Shown here: piece by piece, positions 28,546 to 37,980 of the stretch
How the letters are laid out: every line of letters begins with the position of its first letter
Position numbering within the stretch: the stretch's first letter is position 1
Assembly: GCF_945957355.1 (NCBI RefSeq)
Contig: NZ_CAMFKM010000002.1
Location: 443,377 to 507,376, forward strand
Source: an uncultured Reyranella sp.
GTDB lineage: Bacteria > Pseudomonadota > Alphaproteobacteria > Reyranellales > Reyranellaceae
DNA length: 64,000 nucleotides
Direction: 5' to 3'
Position numbers and translations under genes: made by a program
Notes under the pieces: model-generated
What the model saw: the letters and a program-made list of their open reading frames with translations, nothing else
Told to the model about the DNA's origin: nothing
Databases searched by the model: none

Positions 28546-30200
28546 TTGCCGGCCTCCCCCAGCGCGCGTGTCGTGCCGCCGAAGCAGAAGCCGCGATAGC
28601 CGTCCTCGACGATCGCCTTGCAGGTCGTGCGGTAGCCTTCGCCGATATACGGCATGAAGACGCGCGGCTTGCCGGGAATGTTGACGCCCAGGTACCAGGA
28701 ATTGGCCTTGGGGAAGAGCGTGCGGTCGGCGACTTCGGCGACATGCCTGCCCCAGGCGACCTGGGCCTCGCCATCGGGTTCGATCGTCGCGAGATCGTGT
28801 CGGCGCATGTGCATGAGGCACTCGGCGATCCAGTCGACGTGATACTCGCAGTTGGTGATCACGTTGCCGATGACGGAGGGGCTGCCCGGGCCGGTGATCG
28901 TGAACAGGTTGGGGAATCCTTTCACGGTCAGGCCGAGATAAGTCTGAGGTCCTTCCGACCACGCGTCCTTCAGCGTGGTTCCGTCGCGACCGTGGATGTC
29001 GACCGCGAGCAGGGCGCCGGTCACCGCGTCGAAGCCGGTGGCGAAGACCAGTGCATCGAGCTCGAAATGCCGCGACGCCGTGTCGACGCCGGATGCGGTG
29101 ATCCTGTCGATCGGCTCCTCGCGCAGGTTCACCAGCTCGACGTTCGACCGGTTGTAGGTGTCGAAATAGTCGGTATCGACGCACAGGCGCTTCACGCCGA
29201 ACGGATAGCCCGTGGGTGTGAGCGCCGCGGCGGTCTTCGCGTCCTTCACGGTCTCGCGGATCTTCTGGCGCACGAAGTCGGCGCAGACCTCGTTGACCTC
29301 GGGATGAACCAGGATGTTGGGGAAGGCCTTCAGGAATCCGCCGCTGCCGCCCTCGTGCCAGAGCTGCTCGTAGCGCGCCCACTGGACGTCGCGCGGCGGG
29401 ACCTCGGCGGTGAAGGCGGTCGGCGGCACGCGGCCGAAGTCGGATTGCTCGAGGCTGGCGAGATAGGTTTCCAGACCCTCGTCGAAGCTCCTGTGGTCCT
29501 CGTCGGTCAGCGGCCGATTGCGTGCGGGGACCGAGAAATTGGGCGTGCGCTGGAACACGACGAGTCGTTCGGCGTCCTTCGCGATCATCGGGATCGCCTG
29601 CACGCCGGAGGATCCGGTGCCGATGATTCCGACCCGCTTGCCGTCGAAGTCGACCGGCTCCTGCGGCCAGCGGGCGGTATGGTAGATGGCCCCTTGGAAG
29701 TCGGCGACGCCGGGAATGTCGGGCGTGTTGGGCACCGACAGGCCGCCGGTCGCCATGATGACGAAGCGGGCCCGCAGGCGTTCGCCGCGATCGGTCTCGA
29801 CGATCCAGCGATCGCTCTTTTCGTCGAATGTGGCGCCCGCGACCCTGGTGTCGAACTGGATCAGCCTGCGCAGATCGAGGCGGTCGGCGGCGAACCGGGC
29901 ATAGCTCAGGATCTCTTCCTGGCCGGCATAGCGGTTGGTCCAGCGCCATTCGCGGCGCAGCTCGGGCGACCAGCTGTAGGAATAGAACAGGCTCGGCACG
30001 TCGCAGCGCGCACCGGGATAGCGGTTCCAGTACCAGGTGCCGCCGACATCCGGCGCCGCCTCGATCCCGCGCACCGTCATTCCGATCTCGCGCATCTTGT
30101 GCAGCGCGTAGAGGCCACCGAAGCCGGCGCCCACCACGACGACATCGCAGTCGATCTCGGCCTCGTTCGCACTCGCGCGTTCCGGAACGGAAGCACCCAT
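28542..30200 (-). CDS. Type I Baeyer-Villiger (flavin, NADPH-dependent) monooxygenase
   Basis: FAD motif VVVGAGFGGL, BVMO fingerprint FQGAIYHTARWP and NADPH motif GIIGTGSSGVQ. ATG 30200 (MGASVPE) was chosen; 30218 is also in frame. Confidence 0.85.
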   Translation of the reverse strand: MGASVPERASANEAEIDCDVVVVGAGFGGLYALHKMREIGMTVRGIEAAPDVGGTWYWNRYPGARCDVPSLFYSYSWSPELRREWRWTNRYAGQEEILSYARFAADRLDLRRLIQFDTRVAGATFDEKSDRWIVETDRGERLRARFVIMATGGLSVPNTPDIPGVADFQGAIYHTARWPQEPVDFDGKRVGIIGTGSSGVQAIPMIAKDAERLVVFQRTPNFSVPARNRPLTDEDHRSFDEGLETYLASLEQSDFGRVPPTAFTAEVPPRDVQWARYEQLWHEGGSGGFLKAFPNILVHPEVNEVCADFVRQKIRETVKDAKTAAALTPTGYPFGVKRLCVDTDYFDTYNRSNVELVNLREEPIDRITASGVDTASRHFELDALVFATGFDAVTGALLAVDIHGRDGTTLKDAWSEGPQTYLGLTVKGFPNLFTITGPGSPSVIGNVITNCEYHVDWIAECLMHMRRHDLATIEPDGEAQVAWGRHVAEVADRTLFPKANSWYLGVNIPGKPRVFMPYIGEGYRTTCKAIVEDGYRGFCFGGTTRALGEAGK

Positions 30201-30220
30201 GATCGCCAAACTCCGCACTA

Positions 30221-30234
30221 TGGAAACGTTTCCA
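30221..30234. promoter_or_regulatory. Perfect 14-bp palindrome TGGAAACGTTTCCA, LacI-family-type operator candidate
   Basis: Read directly in the 60-bp spacer between the BVMO and lacI-family starts. It has the central CG and AAACGTTT core typical of LacI/GalR operators. A degenerate second copy, AGAAATCGTTTCCA, lies at 30287-30300. Confidence 0.5.
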
Positions 30235-30260
30235 ATTCAGCCTTGCAAGCTGGGCACCGC

Positions 30261-31319
30261 ATGTCAATTATGACGCTTCGTATGGCAGAAATCGTTTCCA
30301 GAGCGACCATTCGAGACGTGGCCCGGGCGGCCGGCGTCTCGGTCGGGTCGGTGTCGCGGGCGCTGAACGGCGGCAAGAATGTCAGCGCGCGGGTGGCGCG
30401 CGACGTCGCTGCCGCGGCGGAGAAACTCGGCTATCAGCCGGATTTCCAGGCGCGCAGCCTGCGGACGCGCACGACCGGGATGGTCGGCTGCCTGGTGTCC
30501 GACGTCGCCAATCCGCTCTACGCCAGCATCGTGCAGGCGGCGGAGGCCCGGCTGCGCGAGGCCGGCCTGCTGATGGTCGTGGCCAACACGGCGAACGATC
30601 CGGCGCGCGAGCGGGCGATGGTCGCGGCGTTCCGCAGCCGGCGTCTCGACGGCATGCTGGTGGCGCCCGGCAGCGACGAGAACGACCGCGCCTGGCGCGA
30701 GCTCGCCGCCGGCGGCGCGCCGGTCGTCATCCTTGACCGCGATGTACCCGGGGAGGGCGATACGCCCTGGCCCGCGGTGCTGGTCGACCATCGCGAAGGC
30801 GCCCGGACCGCGACGCGCTATTTGATCGGCCTCGGCCATCGCCGCATCGCCCTGCTGACGCCGGGCGCGCGCATGCGGCCGGGCCGTGAACGCATCGCGG
30901 GATTCAAGGCGGCCTTCGCCGAAGCCGACATCGATCCCGAGGGCGCGCTGATCTGCCTTCAGGCATCGTCGATGGATTTCGCGCAAGGCGATGCGCTCGA
31001 ACTGCTGCGCCGGGACCGGCGTCCGACGGCGATCATCGCGCTCGGCACCCGCATCCTGGCCGGTGCCCTGCGCGCCGCGCGCGACCTCGGACTTTCCGTG
31101 CCGCGCGACCTGTCGGTGATCGCCGTCGGCGACACCGATCTCGCCGCCGTGCATTCGCCGGCGATCACGGCCTTGCGCTGGAGCCTGGAGGATGTCGGCC
31201 GGGCGGCAGCCGAACTGTTGCTGCAACGCTTGCGGGGCACGGGGGAGGGCCAGTCGTGCGCGCTGCTGCCGGTCGATCTCGTGCTGCGCGAATCCTGTGG
31301 GGCGCCGACGGCGACGTAA
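30261..31319 (+). CDS. LacI-family transcriptional regulator
   Basis: The N-terminal HTH is ATIRDVARAAGVSVGSVSRALNG, followed by a periplasmic-binding-protein-like core. The start is ambiguous among ATGs at 30261, 30270 and 30282. Confidence 0.85.
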   Translation: MSIMTLRMAEIVSRATIRDVARAAGVSVGSVSRALNGGKNVSARVARDVAAAAEKLGYQPDFQARSLRTRTTGMVGCLVSDVANPLYASIVQAAEARLREAGLLMVVANTANDPARERAMVAAFRSRRLDGMLVAPGSDENDRAWRELAAGGAPVVILDRDVPGEGDTPWPAVLVDHREGARTATRYLIGLGHRRIALLTPGARMRPGRERIAGFKAAFAEADIDPEGALICLQASSMDFAQGDALELLRRDRRPTAIIALGTRILAGALRAARDLGLSVPRDLSVIAVGDTDLAAVHSPAITALRWSLEDVGRAAAELLLQRLRGTGEGQSCALLPVDLVLRESCGAPTAT

Positions 31320-31343
31320 TCAAGAACCTGTGTGGAGGAAAGA

Positions 31344-32315
31344 ATGAAGATGTTCCGGAGGGCATTTGCCCTGGCTTTGGCGTTCGGGGTGACCGTGCCC
31401 GCGCTGGCCCAGACGAGCGACGTCAAATGGCCGAGCAAGCCGATCCGCCTGATCGTGCCGTTCGCGGCGGGCGGCGGCACCGATCTGGTGGCGCGTGCAC
31501 TGGCGGAGAAGCTCGGCACGGCACTCGGACAGACGGTGATCGTCGACAACAAACCGGGCGCTTCGGGCATCATCGCCATGGAAGCGGCCCAGAAGGCCCC
31601 GCCGGACGGCTATACGCTGGTCCTCGGATCGGCCAGCACCGTCGTCGTCAATCCGGCGGTCATGCCCGACCTCCCGTACGATCCGGTGAAGGACTTCGAG
31701 CATCTGGCCGACATCGGTTCGGCCACGGTCGTGATGGTCGCCACCCCGGACTATCCGGTGAAGGACCTGCGCGACGTGATCGCGCTGGCCAAGGCCAAGC
31801 CCGGCGAGGTGAACTACGGAACCTGGGGTAATGGCTCCACCGGCCATCTCTGCGCCGAGATCATCCGGGCCGGCACCGGCATCAACATGACCCATGTGCC
31901 CTACAAGGGCGCCGCGCCGGTACTGAACGACGTGGCGGCGGGCCACATCAAGCTCGGCTTCTCCGACGTGCAGTCGGCCGTGCCGATGGTCAAGTCGGGC
32001 AAGGTCAAGGTCGTCGTGTCGTGCACGCGACGCTCGATCAACTTCCCCGACGTGCCGGGCTTCGTCGAGCAGGGCGTCGATTTCGACTTCGTGTGGCGCT
32101 ACGACCTGATGGCCCCGCTCAACACGCCCAAGCCGATCGTGCAGCGCCTGCACGCCGAGCTGATGAAGATCCTGGCGATGCCCGACATCAAGGAGCGCTG
32201 GGCCGAGTTCGGCATGACCGCCTCGACCATCAGCCCGGACGATCTCAAGGCGCAGACGGCCAAGGACATCGCCACCCTGCGCAAGATCGCGCAACAGGCG
32301 AACGTCAAGCCATGA
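31344..32315 (+). CDS. Bug-family (TctC-like) tripartite tricarboxylate transporter substrate-binding protein, orphan
   Basis: A signal peptide, then KPIRLIVPFAAGGGTDLVAR, VDNKPGASG and the YG..G.GS..H pattern. GGAGGAA precedes the ATGs at 31344 and 31350. Confidence 0.85.
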   Translation: MKMFRRAFALALAFGVTVPALAQTSDVKWPSKPIRLIVPFAAGGGTDLVARALAEKLGTALGQTVIVDNKPGASGIIAMEAAQKAPPDGYTLVLGSASTVVVNPAVMPDLPYDPVKDFEHLADIGSATVVMVATPDYPVKDLRDVIALAKAKPGEVNYGTWGNGSTGHLCAEIIRAGTGINMTHVPYKGAAPVLNDVAAGHIKLGFSDVQSAVPMVKSGKVKVVVSCTRRSINFPDVPGFVEQGVDFDFVWRYDLMAPLNTPKPIVQRLHAELMKILAMPDIKERWAEFGMTASTISPDDLKAQTAKDIATLRKIAQQANVKP

Positions 32316-33052
32316 GCCCCATCACGCAGGCCGCTGCCGTCGTCACCGGCGCGGCCAGCGGCCTCGGCCGCGCCATCGCGCATCGCTTTGCAAAGGAAGG
32401 CCTCAAGGTCGCGTTGTGGGACGTCGACCTTGCCGGTGCGAAGCGCGTCGGCGGGGAGGTCGGCGGAGGCACGCATGCTTTCGCCGTCGACGTTACTGAC
32501 ACGAGGTCCGTTCGCGCCGCGTGGTCGGCGACGAAGGAAGCACTCGGCGCACCCTCGATCCTGGTGAACAGCGCCGGCATCCTCGGCCCCTCGGCCGGTA
32601 TCGCGTCCTATCCCGAGGAACAGTGGCACCGCGTGCTCGACATCAACCTGAACGGCACGTTCCGCTGCTGCCAGGCGGCGGTGCCCGACATGGTGGCGTG
32701 CGGCTACGGGCGCATCGTCAACATCGCCTCGATCGCAGGCAAGGACGGCAATCCCAACGTCGCGGCCTATGTCGCGTCCAAGGCCGCCGTCATCGCGCTC
32801 ACCAAGTCGATGGGCAAGGAACTCGCGACCTCGGGCGTGCTGGTCAACGCGATCACGCCCTCGGCCTCCGAGACCGCGATCTTCGGCGAGCTGACGGACG
32901 AACGGCGCTCGAAGCTTCTGGCGAACGTGCCGATGGCGCGGATGGTCCGACCCGAGGAGGTCGCGGAACTCGCCTACTGGCTGTCGTCGCCGGCCTGTTC
33001 CTTCTCGACGGGCGCGACGTTCGACATCTCCGGCGGCCGGGCGACTTACTAA
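32312..33052 (+). CDS. SDR-family oxidoreductase
   Basis: Start MSPITQAAAVVTGAASGLG overlaps the tctC-like stop (ATGA at 32312-32315). NSAG and YVASKAAV are present. Confidence 0.85.
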   Translation: MSPITQAAAVVTGAASGLGRAIAHRFAKEGLKVALWDVDLAGAKRVGGEVGGGTHAFAVDVTDTRSVRAAWSATKEALGAPSILVNSAGILGPSAGIASYPEEQWHRVLDINLNGTFRCCQAAVPDMVACGYGRIVNIASIAGKDGNPNVAAYVASKAAVIALTKSMGKELATSGVLVNAITPSASETAIFGELTDERRSKLLANVPMARMVRPEEVAELAYWLSSPACSFSTGATFDISGGRATY

Positions 33053-33053
33053 C

Positions 33054-33090
33054 TTCCTTCACCTCCCCCGTAAGACGGGGGAGGAAGTTT
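33054..33090. terminator. Hairpin CCTCCCCCG-TAAGA-CGGGGGAGG between convergent genes
   Basis: Read directly. It fills the 38-bp convergent spacer and has a T-rich tail on the + strand. Confidence 0.45.
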
Positions 33091-35187
33091 CTATCTTCCT
33101 TCTCGCCACCAGGCGCTGGCGATGGCCATCAGGAAGGCGAGTGCCACCAGGATGCCAGGCAGCAGCGGCAGCTGGTTGATGCCAGCGACCGTATAGCCTT
33201 CGTTGCGGCGCAGGCCGATCCAGTCGGAGCCGCCGGCGGCGCGGCCGGGGCGGACGGTGCGGATGTCGGGATCCGACTGGTCGGCGAGCCACATCAGCGC
33301 GCCACCCGTACCGTCGACCAGCGGCTTCAGCTTCGCGTCTGTGGCACGCACGTCGGAGAACTCCAGAGGATCCGGGCTGCCGACGGCGGCGACGGCGCGC
33401 AGGGTGCCATCGTCGAACCGGTAGAGGCCGGGCTTGTCGACATCGACCACCGCCATGCCAAGACCCGGCGCGGTCTGGCGCAGGTCGAGCGTGCGGGTGG
33501 CACCGCCGGGCGAGGTCCCCGGTGAGGTCATCGTGACCTGCGGGAAGGTGGCGGCCAGTGTGCGGCGTGTGATCTCGATGCGGCCGCCGACGGCGGTGGC
33601 GCGCAGCGCCTCTTCCTCGAGATCGGGCTCCTTCATCAGCCAATGGGCAACCCTGCGCACCAGCTCGGGCTGCGGGCCGCCGCCGTCGATGCCGCGGTTC
33701 CACAGCCACAGGTGATCGGACAGGAGCTGTGCCACGCGGCCCTCGCCGACGCGGTCGAGGATGACCAGTGGCTTGTCTTCGGCGCCGGACAGCACCGCAT
33801 TGCCCCGCTCGGTGCGCGAGGTGACCAGGCGGAACCAGCGGCCCCACTCCGGTTCCTTGTTGGGATCGCCGGCCTGCGGCAGGTTCGCGGTCACCGGATG
33901 GCGTTGGCCGATCTCGGTGACCTTGGGCTTGAAGCCGGTCTCGACCACGTCGCCCGTCGGGGCGCCGGGCAGGATGGCGCCGAGCGGCGTGCGATAGAGC
34001 GAGCGCTGCGTCGCGAACACCGGGCCGACCGAGACGAGCAGGGCGCCGCCGCCCTTCACGTATTCGGCGATGTTGCGGAAATAGTCGCGTGTGATCAGGT
34101 TCCCCGACTCGTAGCGGTCGAAGATGATCAGGTCGAATTCCTTCAGCTTCTGCTCGAACAGCTCGCGCATCGGGAAGACGATCAGCGACAGTTCGCGGAC
34201 CGGTGTGAAATCGTCCTTCTGCGGCGTGCGCAGGATGGTGAAGTGCACGAGGTCGACCGCGGGGTCGCTCTTCAGCAGGTTCCGCCAGGCCCGTTCGCCC
34301 TGGTAGGGCTCGCCCGAGACCAGCAGCACGCGCAGACGGTCGCGCACGCCGTTGATGGTGAAGAGCGCGCGGTTGTTGTCGAGGGTCAGTTCGCTCTGGC
34401 CGGGGCCGACTTCCAGCTCGACGACGTTGGCGCCGGGATTGCCGACGGTGATCGGCAATTCGACGGAGCGGCCAACCGGCACGTCGATGCGCTTCACGAC
34501 CTCGCCGCCGACCGACAGGGTGACCGGCGCGGTGCCGCCGGCGGGATCCTCGATCCGGAACTTGGCCGTGACCTCGCGGCCGACCACGCCGAAGCGCGGC
34601 GACTGTTCGAGCACGATCAGCCGGTCGCGCTCGTTCTTCCTGCCGGCGATCAGCGCATGCACGGGCGCGCCGCCCAGCTCCGGCGGCACGCCGGCCGGCA
34701 CGTCATGGACCTGGCCGTCGCTCAGCAGCACCACGCCGGCCAGCCGCTCCTGCGGGATCTCGATCAGCGCCGACCGCATCGTCTCGATCAGGCGCGTACC
34801 GCCCGGCCGTTCGCTGCCCAGCTGGATCTGCGACGGCGGCAGCACCACCTCGCGCACTTCGAGCCCTTCCTGCTGGCCGAGCTTGCGCTTCAGGGTCTCG
34901 CGCGCCGCCTGGACCTGCTGGCGCCGCTCGCCGATCGCCATGGAATCGCTGTCGTCGACGACGACCAGCGCCACGTCGGCGATCGGCTTGCGCTGTTCCT
35001 CGATCAGCGATGGATTGGCCAGCGCCGCCAGCACGACGACGAGGGAGCCCAGCCGCCAGATCGTTCCGCGCGCGCCGGCGCGCAGGCCGAGCAGCACCAG
35101 CACGAGGCCGATCGTGCCCAGCACGGCCAGCACCGTCCACGGCAGCAGCGGATCGAAGGCGACCGAGACGGCCGATGTCATGTTCAT
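33091..35187 (-). CDS. Large membrane-anchored protein, fourth gene of the MoxR/DUF58 operon
   Basis: 698 aa with N-terminal TM helices and one C-terminal TM helix. The ATG overlaps the upstream stop (ATGA at 35184-35187). I recognise no catalytic motif. Confidence 0.75.
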   Translation of the reverse strand: MNMTSAVSVAFDPLLPWTVLAVLGTIGLVLVLLGLRAGARGTIWRLGSLVVVLAALANPSLIEEQRKPIADVALVVVDDSDSMAIGERRQQVQAARETLKRKLGQQEGLEVREVVLPPSQIQLGSERPGGTRLIETMRSALIEIPQERLAGVVLLSDGQVHDVPAGVPPELGGAPVHALIAGRKNERDRLIVLEQSPRFGVVGREVTAKFRIEDPAGGTAPVTLSVGGEVVKRIDVPVGRSVELPITVGNPGANVVELEVGPGQSELTLDNNRALFTINGVRDRLRVLLVSGEPYQGERAWRNLLKSDPAVDLVHFTILRTPQKDDFTPVRELSLIVFPMRELFEQKLKEFDLIIFDRYESGNLITRDYFRNIAEYVKGGGALLVSVGPVFATQRSLYRTPLGAILPGAPTGDVVETGFKPKVTEIGQRHPVTANLPQAGDPNKEPEWGRWFRLVTSRTERGNAVLSGAEDKPLVILDRVGEGRVAQLLSDHLWLWNRGIDGGGPQPELVRRVAHWLMKEPDLEEEALRATAVGGRIEITRRTLAATFPQVTMTSPGTSPGGATRTLDLRQTAPGLGMAVVDVDKPGLYRFDDGTLRAVAAVGSPDPLEFSDVRATDAKLKPLVDGTGGALMWLADQSDPDIRTVRPGRAAGGSDWIGLRRNEGYTVAGINQLPLLPGILVALAFLMAIASAWWREGR

Positions 35188-37976
35188 CGCCTCAACCTCT
35201 GCATGATGTCCTGCAGGTGAACCTGGTCGTCCTTGTAGTTGCCGGTCAGCGCATACATCACGAGGTTGACGCCGAAACGATACGACATCTCGCGTTGCGT
35301 CTCGCCGCCCGGAGTCACGGGCAGCAGGCCGCGGCCGCGCTGGTCGGTGGCCCAGGCGCCGGCATAGTCGTTCGAGCCGATCAGGACGGTCGTCACGCCG
35401 TCATTGACGCGGCCGGTCCCCGACTCGATCCAGAGCTTTCCGCCCTGCCAGCGGCCGGGCATGTCGGACAGGAGATAGAAGGCCTTGCTGAGCACATGGT
35501 TCGGCGGCATGGCGACCAGCGGCGGCGTCTCGACACCCGCCAGCAGGCGCTTGAGGTCGGGATTGCCCCCGGCCGGCCGGTCGAAGCTCATCTGCTGGTC
35601 GCGCGTGTCGATGAAGATGATGCCGCCGGTCCGCAGGTAGCGATCGAGCGCGGCCTGCGCGCGCGGCGACAGGGCCGGCTGCGTCGAGGTCACGGGCCAG
35701 TAGATCAGCGGATAGAGGCGCGGCTCGTCGCGCTCGAGATCGAGGCCGACCGGATCGGCCGGCTCGACCGAGGTACGGTTGCGCAGGATTTCGCTGAGGC
35801 CCTCGAGGCCCGCCTTGCTGAGGTCGTCGACTTCCTTGTCGCCAGTGATGATGTAGGCGAGCCGGATGTCGAGCGAGCCCTTGAGCGCCTGCTCGTCGGT
35901 GAGCGGCGGTGGGCCGGGCCTGGCCGCCGGCTGTGTCGACGCAGCGCCGGGACGCTGGGCCGGCGCAGGCTGCTGCGCCCCGGCGTCGGGCGATCCCGTG
36001 AACACCAGCGCCGCGAGCAGCACGGCGGCGGGCGCAGCGCGTCCCAACCGGACCGCCTTCGGCAGCAGGCCGCGCAGCCACAGCGAGATCAGCAAATCGA
36101 CGAGCAGAAGCACGAGGGCCGCCAGCAGGAACCACTTCGAGAGATCCGTCTCGCCGCCTTCGGAGAGCTTGTCGGTCGAGATGCCGCTCGGCAGCACCAG
36201 CGGCTTGGGCGCCGCGATGCGACCGCCGATATTGAAGGCCACCTGGGCGTTCTCGTCGCCATAGAGGCCCGGCGGCGAGGAAGGCTTTGGCTGGAAGGTT
36301 TCCGCGGCCTCGGCCGGCAGCATCTGGATGCCGGCAGGCGGCGCGCCGAGCCGGCCGAAGCCGTCGAGGGTGCGCCACGGCTTCAGCGTCTTGTTGACGC
36401 CGTCGCCGGCGACGCCGCGCGAGAGCGTGACCAGCCGCTGCAGCATGTTCACGAACAGGCCCGACAGGGACAGGTTGCTCCAGCCGGTGTTGGCGGTGGT
36501 GTGGATCAGCACGAGATAGCCCTGACCGCGCTTCTCGGCGGTGACCAGCGGCGTGCCGTCGGCGAGACGCGCCCAGGTCTTGTCGGCGAGGTCGGGTGTT
36601 GGCTCGGCCAGGACCTGCTGCGAGATGCGGACGTCCTTCGGGATCGGAATGCCGAGGAACGGGCTGTTGGCCGGGAACTCGGCGAGCGCACTGGGCTCGC
36701 CCCAGCTCATGATGCCGCCCAGCGCCCGATCGCCCAGGCGCAGCGGCGTCGGCACGAGAGTGTCGGCCCCCGCGGCGAGGTTGGGGCCGGCGAAGCGCAC
36801 GGCGATGCCGCCGCGCTCGATCCATTTGGCGATCTCCTCGCGGTCGTTGGCCGACGGGGTGGAGCCGTCGGGGATCAGCAGCACGGCGGTGTTGCGCGTC
36901 AGCACCGATTCGCGGTCGCCGATGCTCAGGCTGACATAGGGATCGAGGGCGCGTTCGAGGAAGTAGATCTCCTGCAGCAGCGGCTGGTTGCCTGCCGTGG
37001 CGCGCTCGCCGAGGATCGCCACGGGACGGCGGCGATGACGCTCGTCGAGCAGGATCGCGCTGCCGGCGCCGCCCTGCGCCTCGATGTCGAGGCGGGCCAT
37101 GCGGTTGCGCAGCTCGGGCGGCACCGAAAGCACGCCTTCGCCCTGCGTCGCGGTCGCGGCGAAGTCGACGTCCATGCGGGCCACGACGCGGCCCTGTTCG
37201 TCGGAGGCCTGAACCGCCGCTTTGCGCGGACCGTCGGCGACGGCCCGCAGGGCCCGCACCTTGAGGTCGCGGCCTTCGGCGGCCGGCGGCAGCAGGAGCA
37301 ACGGCGTCGTCGCCTGGTCGGGCAACAGGACCTGCAACCCGTCGAAGCGGCGCAGACGCTCGGCGAGGCGTGTCGCGCCTTCATCCTCGAGGCCGTCGCT
37401 CAGCCACACCGCATAGGCGCCGGGATCGATCTGCATCTGGTCGATGGCGGTCGCTACCGCCGCGCGATCGGTCGGCCAGGGCTTGGGGCGGAAGGCGCGC
37501 AGCAACGTGCGCGCCTCGTCGGGCCGCATGGCGCCGCGCCGGACGGCGGGCGCATCGAGCGGGGCGGGAGCGGTGCCGACGAGGACCACCGGGCGGTTGG
37601 CGCGCTCGGCACGCTGGATCAGCCGCTCGGCATGGGCGGTGCGTGTCGCCCAGCCCGGTGCGCTCGACCAGCCATCGTCCATCACCAGCAGCAGTGGACC
37701 GCGGCCCGGCAGCTCGGCCTGCGGGTTCAGCAGCGGGCGCGCGACGGCCAGGATCAGCGCCGTCGCCAGCAGCAGGCGCAGCAGCAGCAGCCACCACGGC
37801 ATCTTCATCGGTGTCTGCTCGGCGGGCTCCAGCCCGACCAGCAGCCGGATCGCCGGGAAGCGCACGAGCTTGGGCAGCGGCGGGATCAGCCGCAGCAGGA
37901 AATAGATCGCCGGCAGGGCCACCAGCAGGGCCAGCATGCCGGGGGCAGCGAAGGCGAATGCGCCGAGACTGAGCAT
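35184..37976 (-). CDS. BatA_N (aerotolerance-regulator N-terminal double-TM) + DUF4159-type large membrane protein
   Basis: 930 aa. The N-terminus is LALLVALPAIYFLLRLIPP....RFPAIRLL, with a mid-protein TM helix and Pro/Ala linker. The C-terminal GSNDYAGAW....REMSYRFGVNLVMYALTGNYK is DUF4159-like. Confidence 0.8.
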   Translation of the reverse strand: MLSLGAFAFAAPGMLALLVALPAIYFLLRLIPPLPKLVRFPAIRLLVGLEPAEQTPMKMPWWLLLLRLLLATALILAVARPLLNPQAELPGRGPLLLVMDDGWSSAPGWATRTAHAERLIQRAERANRPVVLVGTAPAPLDAPAVRRGAMRPDEARTLLRAFRPKPWPTDRAAVATAIDQMQIDPGAYAVWLSDGLEDEGATRLAERLRRFDGLQVLLPDQATTPLLLLPPAAEGRDLKVRALRAVADGPRKAAVQASDEQGRVVARMDVDFAATATQGEGVLSVPPELRNRMARLDIEAQGGAGSAILLDERHRRRPVAILGERATAGNQPLLQEIYFLERALDPYVSLSIGDRESVLTRNTAVLLIPDGSTPSANDREEIAKWIERGGIAVRFAGPNLAAGADTLVPTPLRLGDRALGGIMSWGEPSALAEFPANSPFLGIPIPKDVRISQQVLAEPTPDLADKTWARLADGTPLVTAEKRGQGYLVLIHTTANTGWSNLSLSGLFVNMLQRLVTLSRGVAGDGVNKTLKPWRTLDGFGRLGAPPAGIQMLPAEAAETFQPKPSSPPGLYGDENAQVAFNIGGRIAAPKPLVLPSGISTDKLSEGGETDLSKWFLLAALVLLLVDLLISLWLRGLLPKAVRLGRAAPAAVLLAALVFTGSPDAGAQQPAPAQRPGAASTQPAARPGPPPLTDEQALKGSLDIRLAYIITGDKEVDDLSKAGLEGLSEILRNRTSVEPADPVGLDLERDEPRLYPLIYWPVTSTQPALSPRAQAALDRYLRTGGIIFIDTRDQQMSFDRPAGGNPDLKRLLAGVETPPLVAMPPNHVLSKAFYLLSDMPGRWQGGKLWIESGTGRVNDGVTTVLIGSNDYAGAWATDQRGRGLLPVTPGGETQREMSYRFGVNLVMYALTGNYKDDQVHLQDIMQRLRR

Positions 37977-37980
37977 GCCG

